Translations under genes and position numbers: made by a program
Shown: one piece after another, positions 1-13,999 of the stretch
Layout: each line of letters opens with the position of its first letter
How positions within the stretch are numbered: position 1 is the stretch's first letter
Source of the DNA: Eledone cirrhosa
Lineage: Eukaryota
Length of the DNA: 64,000 nucleotides
Assembly (NCBI GenBank): GCA_964016885.1
Contig: OZ024740.1
Coordinates: 12,462,001 to 12,526,000, forward strand
Direction of reading: 5' to 3'
Notes under the pieces: generated by a model
Seen by the model: the letters and a program-made list of their open reading frames with translations, nothing else
The model's database searches: none
What the model was told of the DNA's origin: nothing

Positions 1-122
1 ATCTTGTCTCTAGTCTAATGTCTTGTCTCTAGTCTAATGTCTCTAGTCTAATGTCTTGTTTCTAGTCTAATGTCTCTAGTCTAATGTCTTGTCTCTAGTC
101 TAATATCTTGTCTCTAGTCTAA

Positions 123-292
123 TGTCTCTAGTCTAATGTCTTGTCTCTAGTCTAATGTCTCTAGTCTAATGTCTTGTCTCTAGTCTAATATCTTGTCTCT
201 AGTCTAATGTCTCTAGTCTAATGTCTTGTCTCTAGTCTAATGTCTCTAGTCTAATGTCTTGTCTCTAGTCTAATATCTTGTCTCTAGTCTAA
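123..292. repeat. Example of the 85-bp sub-HOR (14+19G+14+19G+19A), two tandem copies
   Basis: 123-207 and 208-292 parse identically. 33-bp (14+19) and 52-bp (14+19G+19A) blocks recur through the array. Confidence 0.85.
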
Positions 293-2306
293 TGTCTCTA
301 GTCTAATGTCTTGTTTCTAGTCTAATGTCTCTAGTCTAATGTCTTGTCTCTAGTCTAATATCTTGTCTCTAATCTAATGTCTTGTCTCTAGTCTAATGTC
401 TCTAGTTTAATGTCTTGTTTCTAGTCTAATGTCTCTAGTCTAATGTCTTGTCTCTAGTCTAATATCTTGTCTCTAGTCTAATGTCTCTAGTCTAATGTCT
501 TGTTTCTAGTCTAATGTCTCTAGTCTAATGTCTTGTCTCTAGTCTAATATCTCTAGTCTAATGTCTTGTCTCTAGTCTAATATCTTGTCTCTAGTCTAAT
601 GTCTCTAGTCTAATGTCTTGTCTCTAATCTAATGTCTCTAGTCTAATGTCTTGTCTCTAGTCTAATGTCTTGTCTCTAGTCTAATGTCTCTAGTCTAATA
701 TCTTGTCTCTAGTCTAATGTCTCTAGTCTAATGTCTTGTCTCTAGTCTAATGTCTCTAGTCTAACGTCTTGTCTCTAGTCTAATATCTCGTCTCTAGTCT
801 AATGTCTCTAGTCTAATGTCTTGTCTCTAGTCTAATATCTTGTCTCTAGTCTAATGTCTCTAGTCTATTGTCTTGTCTCTAGTCTAATATCTTGTCTCTA
901 GTCTAATGTCTTGTCTCTAGTCTAACGTCTTGTCTCTAGTCTAATGTCTCTAGTCTAATGTCTTGTCTCTAGTCTAACGTCTTGTCTCTAGTCTAATGTC
1001 TCTAGTGTAATGTCTTGTCTCTAGTCTAATGTCTTGTCTCTAATCTAATGTCTTGTCACTAGTGTAATGTCTCTAGTCTAATGTCTTGTCTCTAGTCTAA
1101 TATCTTGTCTCTAGTCTAATGTCTTGTCTCTAGTCTAATGTCTCTAGTCTAATGTCTTGTTCCTAGTCTAATGTCTCTAGTCTATTGTCTTGTCTCTAGT
1201 CTAATATCTTGTCTCTAGTCTAATGTCTCTAGTGTAATGTCTTGTCTCTAGTCTAACGTCTGGTCTCTAGTCTAATGTCTCTAGTCTAATATCTTGTCTC
1301 TAGTCTAATGTCTCTAGTCTAATATCTTGTCTCTAGTCTAATGTCTCTAGTCTAATATCTTGTCTCTAGTCTAACGTCTTGTCTCCAGTCTAATGTCTCT
1401 ATTCTAATATCTTGTCACTAGTCTAATGTCTCTAGTCTAATGTCTTGTCTCTAGTCTAACGTCTTGTCTCTAGTCTAATGTCTCTAGTGTAATGTCTTGT
1501 CTCTAGTCTAACGTCTGGTCTCTAGTCTAATGTCTCTAGTCTAATATCTTGTCTCTAGTCTAATGTCTCTAGTCTAATATCTTGTCTCTAGTCTAATGTC
1601 TCTAGTCTAATATCTTGTCTCTAGTCTAACGTCTTGTCTCCAGTCTAATGTCTCTATTCTAATATCTTGTCACTAGTCTAATGTCTCTAGTCTAATGTCT
1701 TGTCTCTAGTCTAATGTCTCTAGTCTAATGTCTTGTCTCTAGTCTAATATCTTGTCTCTAGTCTAATGTCTTGTCTCTAGTCTAATGTCTCTAGTCTAAT
1801 GTCTTGTTTCTAGTCTAATGTCTCTAGTCTAATGTCTTGTCTCTAGTCTAATATCTTGTCTCTAGTCTAATGTCTCTAGTCTAATGTCTTGTCTCTAGTC
1901 TAATGTCTCTAGTCTAATGTCTTGTCTCTAGTCTAATATCTTGTCTCTAGTCTAATGTCTCTAGTCTAATGTCTTGTCTCTAGTCTAATATCTTGTCTCT
2001 AGTCTAATGTCTCTAGTCTAATGTCTTGTCTCTAGTCTAATGTCTCTAGTCTAATGTCTTGTCTCTAGTCTAATATCTTGTCTCTAGTCTAATGTCTCTA
2101 GTCTAATGTCTCTAGTCTAATGTCTTGTCTCTAGTCTAATATCTTGTCTCTAGTCTAATGTCTCTAGTCTAATGTCTCTAGTCTAAAGTCTTGTCTCTAG
2201 TCTAATGTCTCTAGTCTAATGTCTTGTCTCTAGTCTAATATCTTGTCTCTAGTCTAATGTCTCTAGTCTAACGTCTTGTCTCTAGTCTAATGTCTCTAGT
2301 CTAATG
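276..2306. repeat. ~2.0-kb block, copy 1 (copy 2 at ~6095-8125, offset 5819)
   Basis: The rare marker GTTCCTAG occurs at ~1159 and ~6978. AACGTCTGG, GTCTCCAG, CTATTCTAA and CTAAAG markers share the same offset. Confidence 0.9.
1210..1720. repeat. 255-bp tandem duplication, also present in the copy at ~7030-7540
   Basis: TGGTCTC at 1261 and 1516; GTCTCCAG at 1381 and 1636. Confidence 0.88.
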
Positions 2307-2830
2307 TTTTGTCTCTAGTCTAATGTCTCTAGTCTAATGTCTTGTCTCTAGTCTAATGTCTCTAGTCTAACGTCTTGTCTCTAGTCTAATATCTCGTCTC
2401 TAGTCTAATGTCTCTAGTCTAATGTCTTGTCTCTAGTCTAATATCTTGTCTCTAGTCTAATGTCTCTAGTCTAATGTCTTGTCTCTAGTCTAATATCTTG
2501 TCTCTAGTCTAATGTCTCTAGTCTAATGTCTTGTCTCTAGTCTAATGTCTTGTCTCTAGTCTATGTCTCAAGTGTAATGTCTTGTCTCTAGTCTAATGTC
2601 TTGTCTCTAATCTAATGTCTTGTCTCTAGTCTAATGTCTCTAGTCTAATGTCTTGTCTCTAGCCTAATATCTTGTCTCTAGTCTAATGTCTTGTCTCTAG
2701 TCTAATGTCTTGTCTCTAGTCTAATGTCTCTAGTCTAATGTCTTGTTTCTAGTCTAATGTCTCTAGTCTAATGTCTTGTCTCTAGTCTAATATCTTGTCT
2801 CTAATCTAATGTCTTGTCTCTAGTCTAATG
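2290..2830. repeat. ~0.5-kb block repeated at ~5680-6215 (offset 3387)
   Basis: GTTTT at 2306/5693, CTATGTCTCAAG at 2561/5948, AGCCTAA at 2661/6048. Confidence 0.85.
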
Positions 2831-2899
2831 TCTTGTCTCTAGTCTAATGTCTTGTCTCTAGTCTAATGTCTCTAGTCTAATGTCTTGTCTCTAGTCTAA

Positions 2900-5010
2900 T
2901 GTCTGGTCTCTAGTCTAATGTCTCTAGTCTAATGTTTCTAGTCTAATGTCTTGTTTCTAGTCTAATGTCTCTAGTCTAATGTCTTGTCTCTAGTCTAATA
3001 TCTTGTCTCTAGTCTAATGTCTTGTCTCTAGTCTAATGTCTCTAGTGTAATGTCTTGTCTCTAGTCTAATGTCTTGTCTCTAGTCTAATGTCTTGTGTCT
3101 AGTCTAATGTCTCTAGTCTAATGTCTTGTCTCTAGTCTAATATCTTGTCTCTAGTCTAATGTCTTGTCTCTAGTCTAATGTCTTGTCTCTAGTCTCATGT
3201 CTCTAGTCTAATGTCTTGTTTCTAGTCTAATGTCTCTAGTCTAATGTCTTGTCTCTAGTCTAATATCTTGTCTCTAGTCTAATGTCTTGTCTCTAGTCTA
3301 ATGTCTCTAGTCTAATGTCTTGTTTCTAGTCTAATGTCTCTAGTCTAATGTCTTGTCTCTAGTCTAATATCTTGTCTCTAGTCTAATGTCTCTAGTCTAA
3401 TGTCTTGTCTCTAGTCTAATGTCTCTAGTCTAATGTCTTGTCTCTAGTCTAATATCTTGTCTCTAGTCTAATGTCTCTAGTCTAATGTCTTGTCTCTAGT
3501 CTAATGTCTCTAGTCTAATGTCTTGTCTCTAGTCTAATATCTTGTCTCTAGTCTAATGTCTCTAGTCTAATGTCTTGTCTCTAGTCTAATGTCTCTAGTC
3601 TAATGTCTTGTCTCTAGTCTAATGTCTCTAGTCTAACGTCTTGTCTCTAGTCTAATATCTCGTCTCTAGTCTAATGTCTCTAGTCTAATGTCTCTAGTCT
3701 AATGTCTTGTCTCTAGTCTAATATCTTGTCTCTAGTCTAATGTCTCTAGTCTAATGTCTCTAGTCTATTGTCTTGTCTCTAGTCTAATATCTTGTCTCTA
3801 GTCTAATGTCTTGTCTCTAGTCTAATATCTTGTCTCTAGTCTAATGTCTTGTCTCTAGTCTAATGTCTCTAGTCTAATGTCTTGTCTCTAGTCTAATGTC
3901 TTGTCTCTAGTCTAATGTCTCTAGTCTAATGTCTTGTCTCTAGTCTAATGACTTGTCTCTAGTCTAATATCTTGTCTCTAGTCTAATGTCTTGTCTCTAG
4001 TCTAATGTCTCTAGTCTAATGTCTGGTCTCTAGTCTAATATCTTGTCTCTAGTCTAATGAATTGTATCTAGTCTAATGTCTCTAGTCTAATGTCTTGTCT
4101 CTAGTCTAATGTCTCTAGTCTAATGTCTCTAGTCTAATTTCTTGTCTCTAGTCTAATGCCTGGTCTCTAGTCTAATGTCTCTAGTCTAATGTTTCTAGTC
4201 TAATGTCTTGTTTCTAGTCTAATGTCTCTAGTCTAATGTCTTGTCTCTAGTCTAATATCTTGTCTCTAGTCTAATGTCTTGTCTCTAGTCTAATGTCTCT
4301 AGTGTAATGTCTTGTCTCTAGTCTAATGTCTTGTCTCTAGTCTAATGTCTTGTCTCTAGTCTAATGTGTCTAGTCTAATGTCTTGTCTCTAGTCTAATAT
4401 CTTGTCTCTAGTCTAATGTCTTGTCTCTAGTCTAATGTCTTGTCTCTAGTCTAATGTCTCTAGTCTAATGTCTTGTTTCTAGTCTAATGTCTCTAGTCTA
4501 ATGTCTTGTCTCTAGTCTAATATCTTGTCTCTAGTCTAATGTCTTGTCTCTAGTCTAATGTCTCTAGTCTAATGTCTTGTTTCTAGTCTAATGTCTCTAG
4601 TCTAACGTCTTGTCTCTAGTCTAATATCTTGTCTCTAGTCTAATGTCTCTAGTCTAATGTCTTGTCTCTAGTCTAATGTCTCTAGTCTAATGTCTTGTCT
4701 CTAGTCTAATATCTTGTCTCTAGTCTAATGTCTCTAGTCTAATGTCTTGTCTCTAGTCTAATGTCTCTAGTCTAATGTCTTGTCTCTAGTCTAATATCTT
4801 GTCTCTAGTCTAATGTCTCTAGTCTAATGTCTTGTCTCTAGTCTAATGTCTCTACTCTAATGTCTTGTCTCTAGTCTAATGTCTCTAGTCTAACGTCTTG
4901 TCTCTAGTCTAATATCTCGTCTCTAGTCTAATGTCTCTAGTCTAATGTCTCTAGTCTAATGTCTTGTCTCTAGTCTAATATCTTGTCTCTAGTCTAATGT
5001 CTCTAGTCTA
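2900..5010. repeat. Near-tandem duplication with offset 1257 (~2900-3750 vs ~4157-5010)
   Basis: GTCTGG at 2901 vs GCCTGG at 4158; the CG of ATCTCGTCTC at 3661 vs 4918. Confidence 0.8.
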
Positions 5011-6094
5011 TTGTCTTGTCTCTAGTCTAATATCTTGTCTCTAGTCTAATGTCTCTAGTCTAATGTCTTGTCTCTAGTCTAATGTCTTGTTTCTAGTCTA
5101 ATGTCTTGTCTGTAGTCTAACGTCTCTAGTCTAATGTCTTGTCTCTAGTCTAATATCTTGTCTCTAGTCTAATGTCTTGTCTCTAGTCTAATGTCTCTAG
5201 TCTAATGTCTTGTTTATAATCTAATGTCTCTAGTCTAATGTCTTGTCTCTAGTCTAATGTCTCTAGTCTAATGTCTTGTCTCTAGTCTAACGTCTTGTCT
5301 CTAGTCTAATGTCTCTAGTCTAATATCTTGTCTCTAGTCTAATGTCTCTAGTCTAATATCGTGTCACTAGTCTAATGTCTCTAGTCTAATGTCTCTAGTC
5401 TAATATCTTGTCTCTAGTGTAATGTCTCTAGTCTAATATCTTGTCACTAGTCTAATGTATCTAGTCTAATGTCTTGTCTCTAGTCTAATGTCTTGTCTCT
5501 AGTCTAATGTCTCTAGTCTAATGTCTTGTCTCTAGTCTAATATCTTGTCTCTAGTCTAATGTCTCTAGTCTAATGTCTTGTCTCTAGTCTAATGTCTCTA
5601 GTCTAATGTCTTGTCTCTAGTCTAATGTCTTGTCTCTAGTCTAATGTCTCTAGTCTAATATCTTGTCTCTAGTCTAATGTCTCTAGTCTAATGTTTTGTC
5701 TCAAGTCTAATGTCTCTAGTCTAATGTCTTGTCTCTAGTCTAATGTCTCTAGTCTAACGTCTTGTCTCTAGTCTAATATCTCGTCTCTAGTCTAATGTCT
5801 CTAGTCTAATGTCTTGTCTCTAGTCTAATATCTTGTCTCTAGTCTAATGTCTCTAGTCTAATGTCTTGTCTCTAGTCTAATATCTTGTCTCTAGTCTAAT
5901 GTCTCTAGTCTAATGTCTTGTCTCTAGTCTAATGTCTTGTCTCTAGTCTATGTCTCAAGTGTAATGTCTTGTCTCTAGTCTAATGTCTTGTCTCTAATCT
6001 AATGTCTTGTCTCTAGTCTAATGTCTCTAGTCTAATGTCTTGTCTCTAGCCTAATATCTTGTCTCTAGTCTAATGTCTTGTCTCTAGTCTAATG

Positions 6095-8125
6095 TCTTGT
6101 CTCTAGTCTAATGTCTCTAGTCTAATGTCTTGTTTCTAGTCTAATGTCTCTAGTCTAATGTCTTGTCTCTAGTCTAATATCTTGTCTCTAATCTAATGTC
6201 TTGTCTCTAGTCTAATGTCTCTAGTTTAATGTCTTGTTTCTAGTCTAATGTCTCTAGTCTAATGTCTTGTCTCTAGTCTAATATCTTGTCTCTAGTCTAA
6301 TGTCTCTAGTCTAATGTCTTGTTTCTAGTCTAATGTCTCTAGTCTAATGTCTTGTCTCTAGTCTAATATCTCTAGTCTAATGTCTTGTCTCTAGTCTAAT
6401 ATCTTGTCTCTAGTCTAATGTCTCTAGTCTAATGTCTTGTCTCTAATCTAATGTCTCTAGTCTAATGTCTTGTCTCTAGTCTAATGTCTTGTCTCTAGTC
6501 TAATGTCTCTAGTCTAATATCTTGTCTCTAGTCTAATGTCTCTAGTCTAATGTCTTGTCTCTAGTCTAATGTCTCTAGTCTAACGTCTTGTCTCTAGTCT
6601 AATATCTCGTCTCTAGTCTAATGTCTCTAGTCTAATGTCTTGTCTCTAGTCTAATATCTTGTCTCTAGTCTAATGTCTCTAGTCTATTGTCTTGTCTCTA
6701 GTCTAATATCTTGTCTCTAGTCTAATGTCTTGTCTCTAGTCTAACGTCTTGTCTCTAGTCTAATGTCTCTAGTCTAATGTCTTGTCTCTAGTCTAACGTC
6801 TTGTCTCTAGTCTAATGTCTCTAGTGTAATGTCTTGTCTCTAGTCTAATGTCTTGTCTCTAATCTAATGTCTTGTCACTAGTGTAATGTCTCTAGTCTAA
6901 TGTCTTGTCTCTAGTCTAATATCTTGTCTCTAGTCTAATGTCTTGTCTCTAGTCTAATGTCTCTAGTCTAATGTCTTGTTCCTAGTCTAATGTCTCTAGT
7001 CTATTGTCTTGTCTCTAGTCTAATATCTTGTCTCTAGTCTAATGTCTCTAGTGTAATGTCTTGTCTCTAGTCTAACGTCTGGTCTCTAGTCTAATGTCTC
7101 TAGTCTAATATCTTGTCTCTAGTCTAATGTCTCTAGTCTAATATCTTGTCTCTAGTCTAATGTCTCTAGTCTAATATCTTGTCTCTAGTCTAACGTCTTG
7201 TCTCCAGTCTAATGTCTCTATTCTAATATCTTGTCACTAGTCTAATGTCTCTAGTCTAATGTCTTGTCTCTAGTCTAACGTCTTGTCTCTAGTCTAATGT
7301 CTCTAGTGTAATGTCTTGTCTCTAGTCTAACGTCTGGTCTCTAGTCTAATGTCTCTAGTCTAATATCTTGTCTCTAGTCTAATGTCTCTAGTCTAATATC
7401 TTGTCTCTAGTCTAATGTCTCTAGTCTAATATCTTGTCTCTAGTCTAACGTCTTGTCTCCAGTCTAATGTCTCTATTCTAATATCTTGTCACTAGTCTAA
7501 TGTCTCTAGTCTAATGTCTTGTCTCTAGTCTAATGTCTCTAGTCTAATGTCTTGTCTCTAGTCTAATATCTTGTCTCTAGTCTAATGTCTTGTCTCTAGT
7601 CTAATGTCTCTAGTCTAATGTCTTGTTTCTAGTCTAATGTCTCTAGTCTAATGTCTTGTCTCTAGTCTAATATCTTGTCTCTAGTCTAATGTCTCTAGTC
7701 TAATGTCTTGTCTCTAGTCTAATGTCTCTAGTCTAATGTCTTGTCTCTAGTCTAATATCTTGTCTCTAGTCTAATGTCTCTAGTCTAATGTCTTGTCTCT
7801 AGTCTAATATCTTGTCTCTAGTCTAATGTCTCTAGTCTAATGTCTTGTCTCTAGTCTAATGTCTCTAGTCTAATGTCTTGTCTCTAGTCTAATATCTTGT
7901 CTCTAGTCTAATGTCTCTAGTCTAATGTCTCTAGTCTAATGTCTTGTCTCTAGTCTAATATCTTGTCTCTAGTCTAATGTCTCTAGTCTAATGTCTCTAG
8001 TCTAAAGTCTTGTCTCTAGTCTAATGTCTCTAGTCTAATGTCTTGTCTCTAGTCTAATATCTTGTCTCTAGTCTAATGTCTCTAGTCTAACGTCTTGTCT
8101 CTAGTCTAATGTCTCTAGTCTAATG
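6095..8125. repeat. ~2.0-kb block, copy 2 of 276-2306
   Basis: Compared lines match at offset 5819 (e.g. 6181 vs 362, 6961 vs 1142, 8041 vs 2222). Confidence 0.9.
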
Positions 8126-11100
8126 TCTTGTCTCTAGTCTAATGTCTTGTCTCTAGTCTAATGTCTCTAGTCTAATATCTTGTCTCTAGTCTAATGTCTC
8201 TTGTCTAATGTCTTGTCTCTAGTCTAATGTCTCTAGTCTAATGTCTTGTCTCTAGTCTAATGTCTCTAGTCTAATGTCTTGTCTCTAGTCTAATATCTTG
8301 TCTCTAGTCTAATGTCTCTAGTCTAATGTCTTGTCTCTAGTCTAATATCTTGTCTCTAGTCTAATGTCTCTAGTCTAATGTCTTGTCTCTAGTCTAATAT
8401 CTTGTCTCTAGTCTAATGACTCTAGTCTAATGTCTTGTGTCTAGTCTAATATCTTGTCTCTAGTCTAATGTCTCTAGTCTAATGTCTCGTCTCTAGTCTA
8501 ACGTCTTGTCTCTAGTCTAATGTCTCTAGTCTAATGTCTTGTCTCTAGTCTAGTGTCTCTAGTCTAATGTCTTGACTCTAGTCTAATGTCTTGTCTCTAG
8601 TCTAATATCTTGTCTCTAGTCTAATGTCTTGTCTCTAGTCTAATGTCTCTAGTCTAATGCCTTGTCTCTAGTCTAACGTCTTGTCTCTAGTCTAATGTCT
8701 CTAGTGTAATGTCTTGTCTCTAGTCTAATGTCTTGTCTCTAGTCTAACGTCTTGTCTCTAGTCTAATGTCTCTAGTCTAATATCTTGTCTCTAGTCTAAT
8801 GTCTCTAGTCTAATATCGTGTCACTAGTCTAATGTCTCTAGTCTAATGTCTCTAGTCTAATATCTTGTCACTAGTCTAATGTATCTAGTCTAATGTCTTG
8901 TCTCTAGTCTAATGTCTTGTCTCTAGTCTAATGTCTCTAGTCTAATGTCTTGTCTCTAGTCTAATATCTTGTCTCTAGTCTAATGTCTCTAGTCTAATGT
9001 CTTGTCTCTAGTCTAATGTCTCTAGTCTAATGTCTTGTCTCTAGTCTAATGTCTTGTCTCTAGTCTAATGTCTCTAGTCTAATATCTTGTCTCTAGTCTA
9101 ATGTCTCTAGTCTAATGTTTTGTCTCTAGTCTAATGTCTCTAGTCTAATGTCTTGTCTCTAGTCTAATGTCTCTAGTCTAACGTCTTGTCTCTAGTCTAA
9201 TATCTCGTCTCTAGTCTAATGTCTCTAGTCTAATGTCTTGTCTCTAGTCTAATATCTTGTCTCTAGTCTAATGTCTCTAGTCTAATGTCTTGTCTCTAGT
9301 CTAATATCTTGTCTCTAGTCTAATGTCTCTAGTCTAATGTCTTGTCTCTAGTCTAATGTCTTGTCTCCAGTCTAATGTCTCTAGTCTAATGTATTGTCTC
9401 TAGTCTAACGTCTTGTCTCTAGTCTAATGTCTCTAGTCTATGTCTCAAGTGTAATGTCTTGTCTCTAGTCTAATGTCTTGTCTCTAATCTAATGTCTTGT
9501 CTCTAGTCTAATGTCTCTAGTCTAATGTCTTGTCTCTAGTCTAATATCTTGTCTCTAGTCTAATGTCTCTAGTCTAATGTCTCTAGTCTAAAGTCTTGTC
9601 TCTAGTCTAATGTCTCTAGTCTAATGTCTTGTCTCTAGTCTAATATCTTGTCTCTAGTCTAATGTCTCTAGTCTAACGTCTTGTCTCTAGTCTAATGTCT
9701 CTAGTCTAATGTCTTGTCTCTAGTCTAATGTCTTGTCTCTAGTCTAATGTCTCTAGTCTAATATCTTGTCTCTAGTCTAATGTCTCTTGTCTAATGTCTT
9801 GTCTCTAGTCTAATGTCTCTAGTCTAATGTCTTGTCTCTAGTCTAATGTCTCTAGTCTAATGTCTTGTCTCTAGTCTAATATCTTGTCTCTAGTCTAATG
9901 TCTCTAGTCTAATGTCTTGTCTCTAGTCTAATATCTTGTCTCTAGTCTAATGTCTCTAGTCTAATGTCTTGTCTCTAGTCTAATATCTTGTCTCTAGTCT
10001 AATGACTCTAGTCTAATGTCTTGTGTCTAGTCTAATATCTTGTCTCTAGTCTAATGTCTCTAGTCTAATATCTTGTCTCTAGTCTAATGTCTCTAGTCTA
10101 ATATCGTGTCACTAGTCTAATGTCTCTAGTCTAATGTCTCTAGTCTAATATCTTGTCTCTAGTGTAATGTCTCTAGTCTAATATCTTGTCACTAGTCTAA
10201 TGTATCTAGTCTAATGTCTTGTCTCTAGTCTAATGTCTTGTCTCTAGTCTAATGTCTCTAGTCTAATGTCTTGTCTCTAGTCTAATATCTTGTCTCTAGT
10301 CTAATGTCTCTAGTCTAATGTCTTGTATCTAGTCTAATGTCTCTAGTCTAATGTCTTGTCTCTAGTCTAATGTCTTGTCTCTAGTCTAATGTCTCTAGTC
10401 TAATATCTTGTCTCTAGTCTAATGTCTCTAGTCTAATGTTTTGTCTCTAGTCTAATGTCTCTAGTCTAATGTCTTGTCTCTAGTCTAATGTCTCTAGTCT
10501 AACGTCTTGTCTCTAGTCTAATATCTCGTCTCTAGTCTAATGTCTCTAGTCTAATGTCTTGTCTCTAGTCTAATATCTTGTCTCTAGTCTAATGTCTCTA
10601 GTCTAATGTCTTGTCTCTAGTCTAATATCTTGTCTCTAGTCTAATGTCTCTAGTCTAATGTCTTGTCTCTAGTCTAATGTCTTGTCTCCAGTCTAATGTC
10701 TCTAGTCTAATGTATTGTCTCTAGTCTAACGTCTTGTCTCTAGTCTAATGTCTCTAGTCTATGTCTCAAGTGTAATGTCTTGTCTCTAGTCTAATGTCTT
10801 GTCTCTAATCTAATGTCTTGTCTCTAGTCTAATGTCTCTAGTCTAATGTCTTGTCTCTAGTCTAATATCTTGTCTCTAGTCTAATGTCTCTAGTCTAATG
10901 TCTCTAGTCTAAAGTCTTGTCTCTAGTCTAATGTCTCTAGTCTAATGTCTTGTCTCTAGTCTAATATCTTGTCTCTAGTCTAATGTCTCTAGTCTAACGT
11001 CTTGTCTCTAGTCTAATGTCTCTAGTCTAATGTCTTGTCTCTAGTCTAATGTCTTGTCTCTAGTCTAATGTCTCTAGTCTAATATCTTGTCTCTAGTCTA

Positions 11101-12500
11101 ATGTCTCTTGTCTAATGTCTTGTCTCTAGTCTAATGTCTCTAGTCTAATGTCTTGTCTCTAGTCTAATGTCTCTAGTCTAATGTCTTGTCTCTAGTCTAA
11201 TATCTTGTCTCTAGTCTAATGTCTCTAGTCTAATGTCTTGTCTCTAGTCTAATATCTTGTCTCTAGTCTAATGTCTCTAGTCTAATGTCTTGTCTCTAGT
11301 CTAATATCTTGTCTCTAGTCTAATGACTCTAGTCTAATGTCTTGTGTCTAGTCTAATATCTTGTCTCTAGTCTAATGTCTCTAGTCTAATGTCTTGTCTC
11401 TAGTCTAACGTCTTGTCTCTAGTCTAATGTCTCTAGTCTAATGTCTTGTCTCTAGTCTAGTGTCTCTAGTCTAATGTCTTGACTCTAGTCTAATGTCTTG
11501 TCTCTAGTCTAATATCTTGTCTCTAGTCTAATGTCTTGTCTCTAGTCTAATGTCTCTAGTCTAATGCCTTGTCTCTAGTCTAACGTCTTGTCTCTAGTCT
11601 AATGTCTCTAGTGTAATGTCTTGTCTCTAGTCTAATGTCTTGTCTCTAGTCTAACGTCTTGTCTCTAGTCTAATGTCTCTAGTCTAATATCTTGTCTCTA
11701 GTCTAATGTCTCTAGTCTAATATCGTGTCACTAGTCTAATGTCTCTAGTCTAATGTCTCTAGTCTAATATCTTGTCTCTAGTGTAATGTCTCTAGTCTAA
11801 TATCTTGTCACTAGTCTAATGTATCTAGTCTAATGTCTTGTCTCTAGTCTAATGTCTTGTCTCTAGTCTAATGTCTCTAGTCTAATGTCTTGTCTCTAGT
11901 CTAATATCTTGTCTCTAGTCTAATGTCTCTAGTCTAATGTCTTGTCCCTAGTCTAATGTCTCTAGTCTAATATCTTGTCTCTAGTCTAATGTCTTGTCTC
12001 TAGTCTAATGTCTCTAGTCTAATATCTTGTCTCTAGTCTAATGTCTCTAGTCTAATGTTTTGTCTCTAGTCTAATGTCTCTAGTCTAATGTCTTGTCTCT
12101 AGTCTAATGTCTCTAGTCTAACGTCTTGTCTCTAGTCTAATATCTCGTCTCTAGTCTAATGTCTCTAGTCTAATGTCTTGTCTCTAGTCTAATATCTTGT
12201 CTCTAGTCTAATGTCTCTAGTCTAATGTCTTGTCTCTAGTCTAATATCTTGTCTCTAGTCTAATGTCTCTAGTCTAATGTCTTGTCTCTAGTCTAATGTC
12301 TTGTCTCCAGTCTAATGTCTCTAGTCTAATGTATTGTCTCTAGTCTAACGTCTTGTCTCTAGTCTAATGTCTCTAGTCTATGTCTCAAGTGTAATGTCTT
12401 GTCTCTAGTCTAATGTCTTGTCTCTAATCTAATGTCTTGTCTCTAGTCTAATGTCTCTAGTCTAATGTCTTGTCTCTAGTCTAATATCTTGTCTCTAGTC
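7900..12500. repeat. Overlapping higher-order duplications with offsets 1321 and 2907/2940
   Basis: Position 9121 matches 10442 (offset 1321) and 12061 (offset 2940; lines 9121-9481 read the same as 12061-12421). The GACTCTAG marker lies at 8418, 10004 and 11325. Confidence 0.85.
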
Positions 12501-13999
12501 TAATGTCTTGTCTCTAGTCTAATGTCTTGTCTCTAGTCTAATGTCTCTAGTCTAATGTCTTGTTTCTAGTCTAATGTCTCTAGTCTAATGTCTTGTCTCT
12601 AGTCTAATATCTTGTCTCTAGTCTAATGTCTTGTCTCTAGTCTAATGTCTCTAGTTTAATGTCTTGTTTCTAGTCTAATGTCTCTAGTCTAATGTCTTGT
12701 CTCTAGTCTAATATCTTGTCTCTAGTCTAATGTCTCTAGTCTAATGTCTTGTTTCTAGTCTAATGTCTCTAGTCTAATGTCTTGTCTCTAGTCTAATGTC
12801 TCTAGTCTAATGTCTTGTCTCTAGTCTAATATCTTGTCTCTAGTCTAATGTCTCTAGTCTAATGTCTTGTCTCTAGTCTAATGTCTCTAGTCTAATGTCT
12901 TGTCTCTAGTCTAATGTCTTGTCTCTAGTCTAATGTCTCTAGTCTAATATCTTGTCTCTAGTCTAATGTCTCTAGTCTAATGTCTTGTCTCTAGTCTAAT
13001 GTCTCTAGTCTAACGTCTTGTCTCTAGTCTAATATCTCGTCTCTAGTCTAATGTCTCTAGTCTAATGTCTTGTCTCTAGTCTAATATCTTGTCTCTAGTC
13101 TAATGTCTCTAGTCTATTGTCTTGTCTCTAGTCTAATATCTTGTCTCAAGTCTAATGTCTTGTCTCTAGTCTAATGTCTCTAGTATAATGTCTTATCTCT
13201 AGTCTAACGTCTTGTCTCTAGTCTAATGTCTCTAGTGTAATGTATTGTCTCTAGTCTAACGTCTTGTCTCTAGTCTAATGTCTCTAGTCTAATATCTTGT
13301 CTCTAGTCTAATGTCTCTAGTCTAATATCTTGTCTCTAGTCTAATGTCTCTAGTCTAATATCTTGTCTCTAGTCTAACGTCTTGTCTCCAGTCTAATGTC
13401 TCTATTCTAATATCTTGTCTCTAGTCTAATGTCTCTAGTCTAATATCTTGTCACTAGTCTAATGTCTCTAGTCTAATGTCTTGTCTCTAGTCTAATGTCT
13501 CTAGTCTAATGTCTTGTCTCTAGTCTAATATCTTGTCTCTAGTCTAATGTCTTGTCTCTAGTCTAATGTCTCTAGTCTAATGTCTTGTTTCTAGTCTAAT
13601 GTCTCTAGTCTAATGTCTTGTCTCTAGTCTAATATCTTGTCTCTAGTCTAATGTCTTGTCTCTAGTCTAATGTCTTTAGTCTAATGTCTTGTCTCTAGTC
13701 TAATATCTTGTCTCTAGTCTAATGTCTTGTCTCTAGTCTAATGTCTCTAGTCTAATGTCTTGTTTCTAGTCTAATGTCTCTAGTCTAATGTCTTGTCTCT
13801 AGTCTAATATCTTGTCTCTAGTCTAATGTCTCTAGTCTAATGTCTTGTCTCTAGTCTAATGTCTCTAGTCTAATGTCTTGTCTCTAGTCTAATATCTTGT
13901 CTCTAGTCTAATGTCTCTAGTTTAATGTCTTGTCTCTAGTCTAATATCTTGTCTCTAGTCTAATGTCTCTAGTCTAATGTCTTGTCTCTAGTCTAATGT

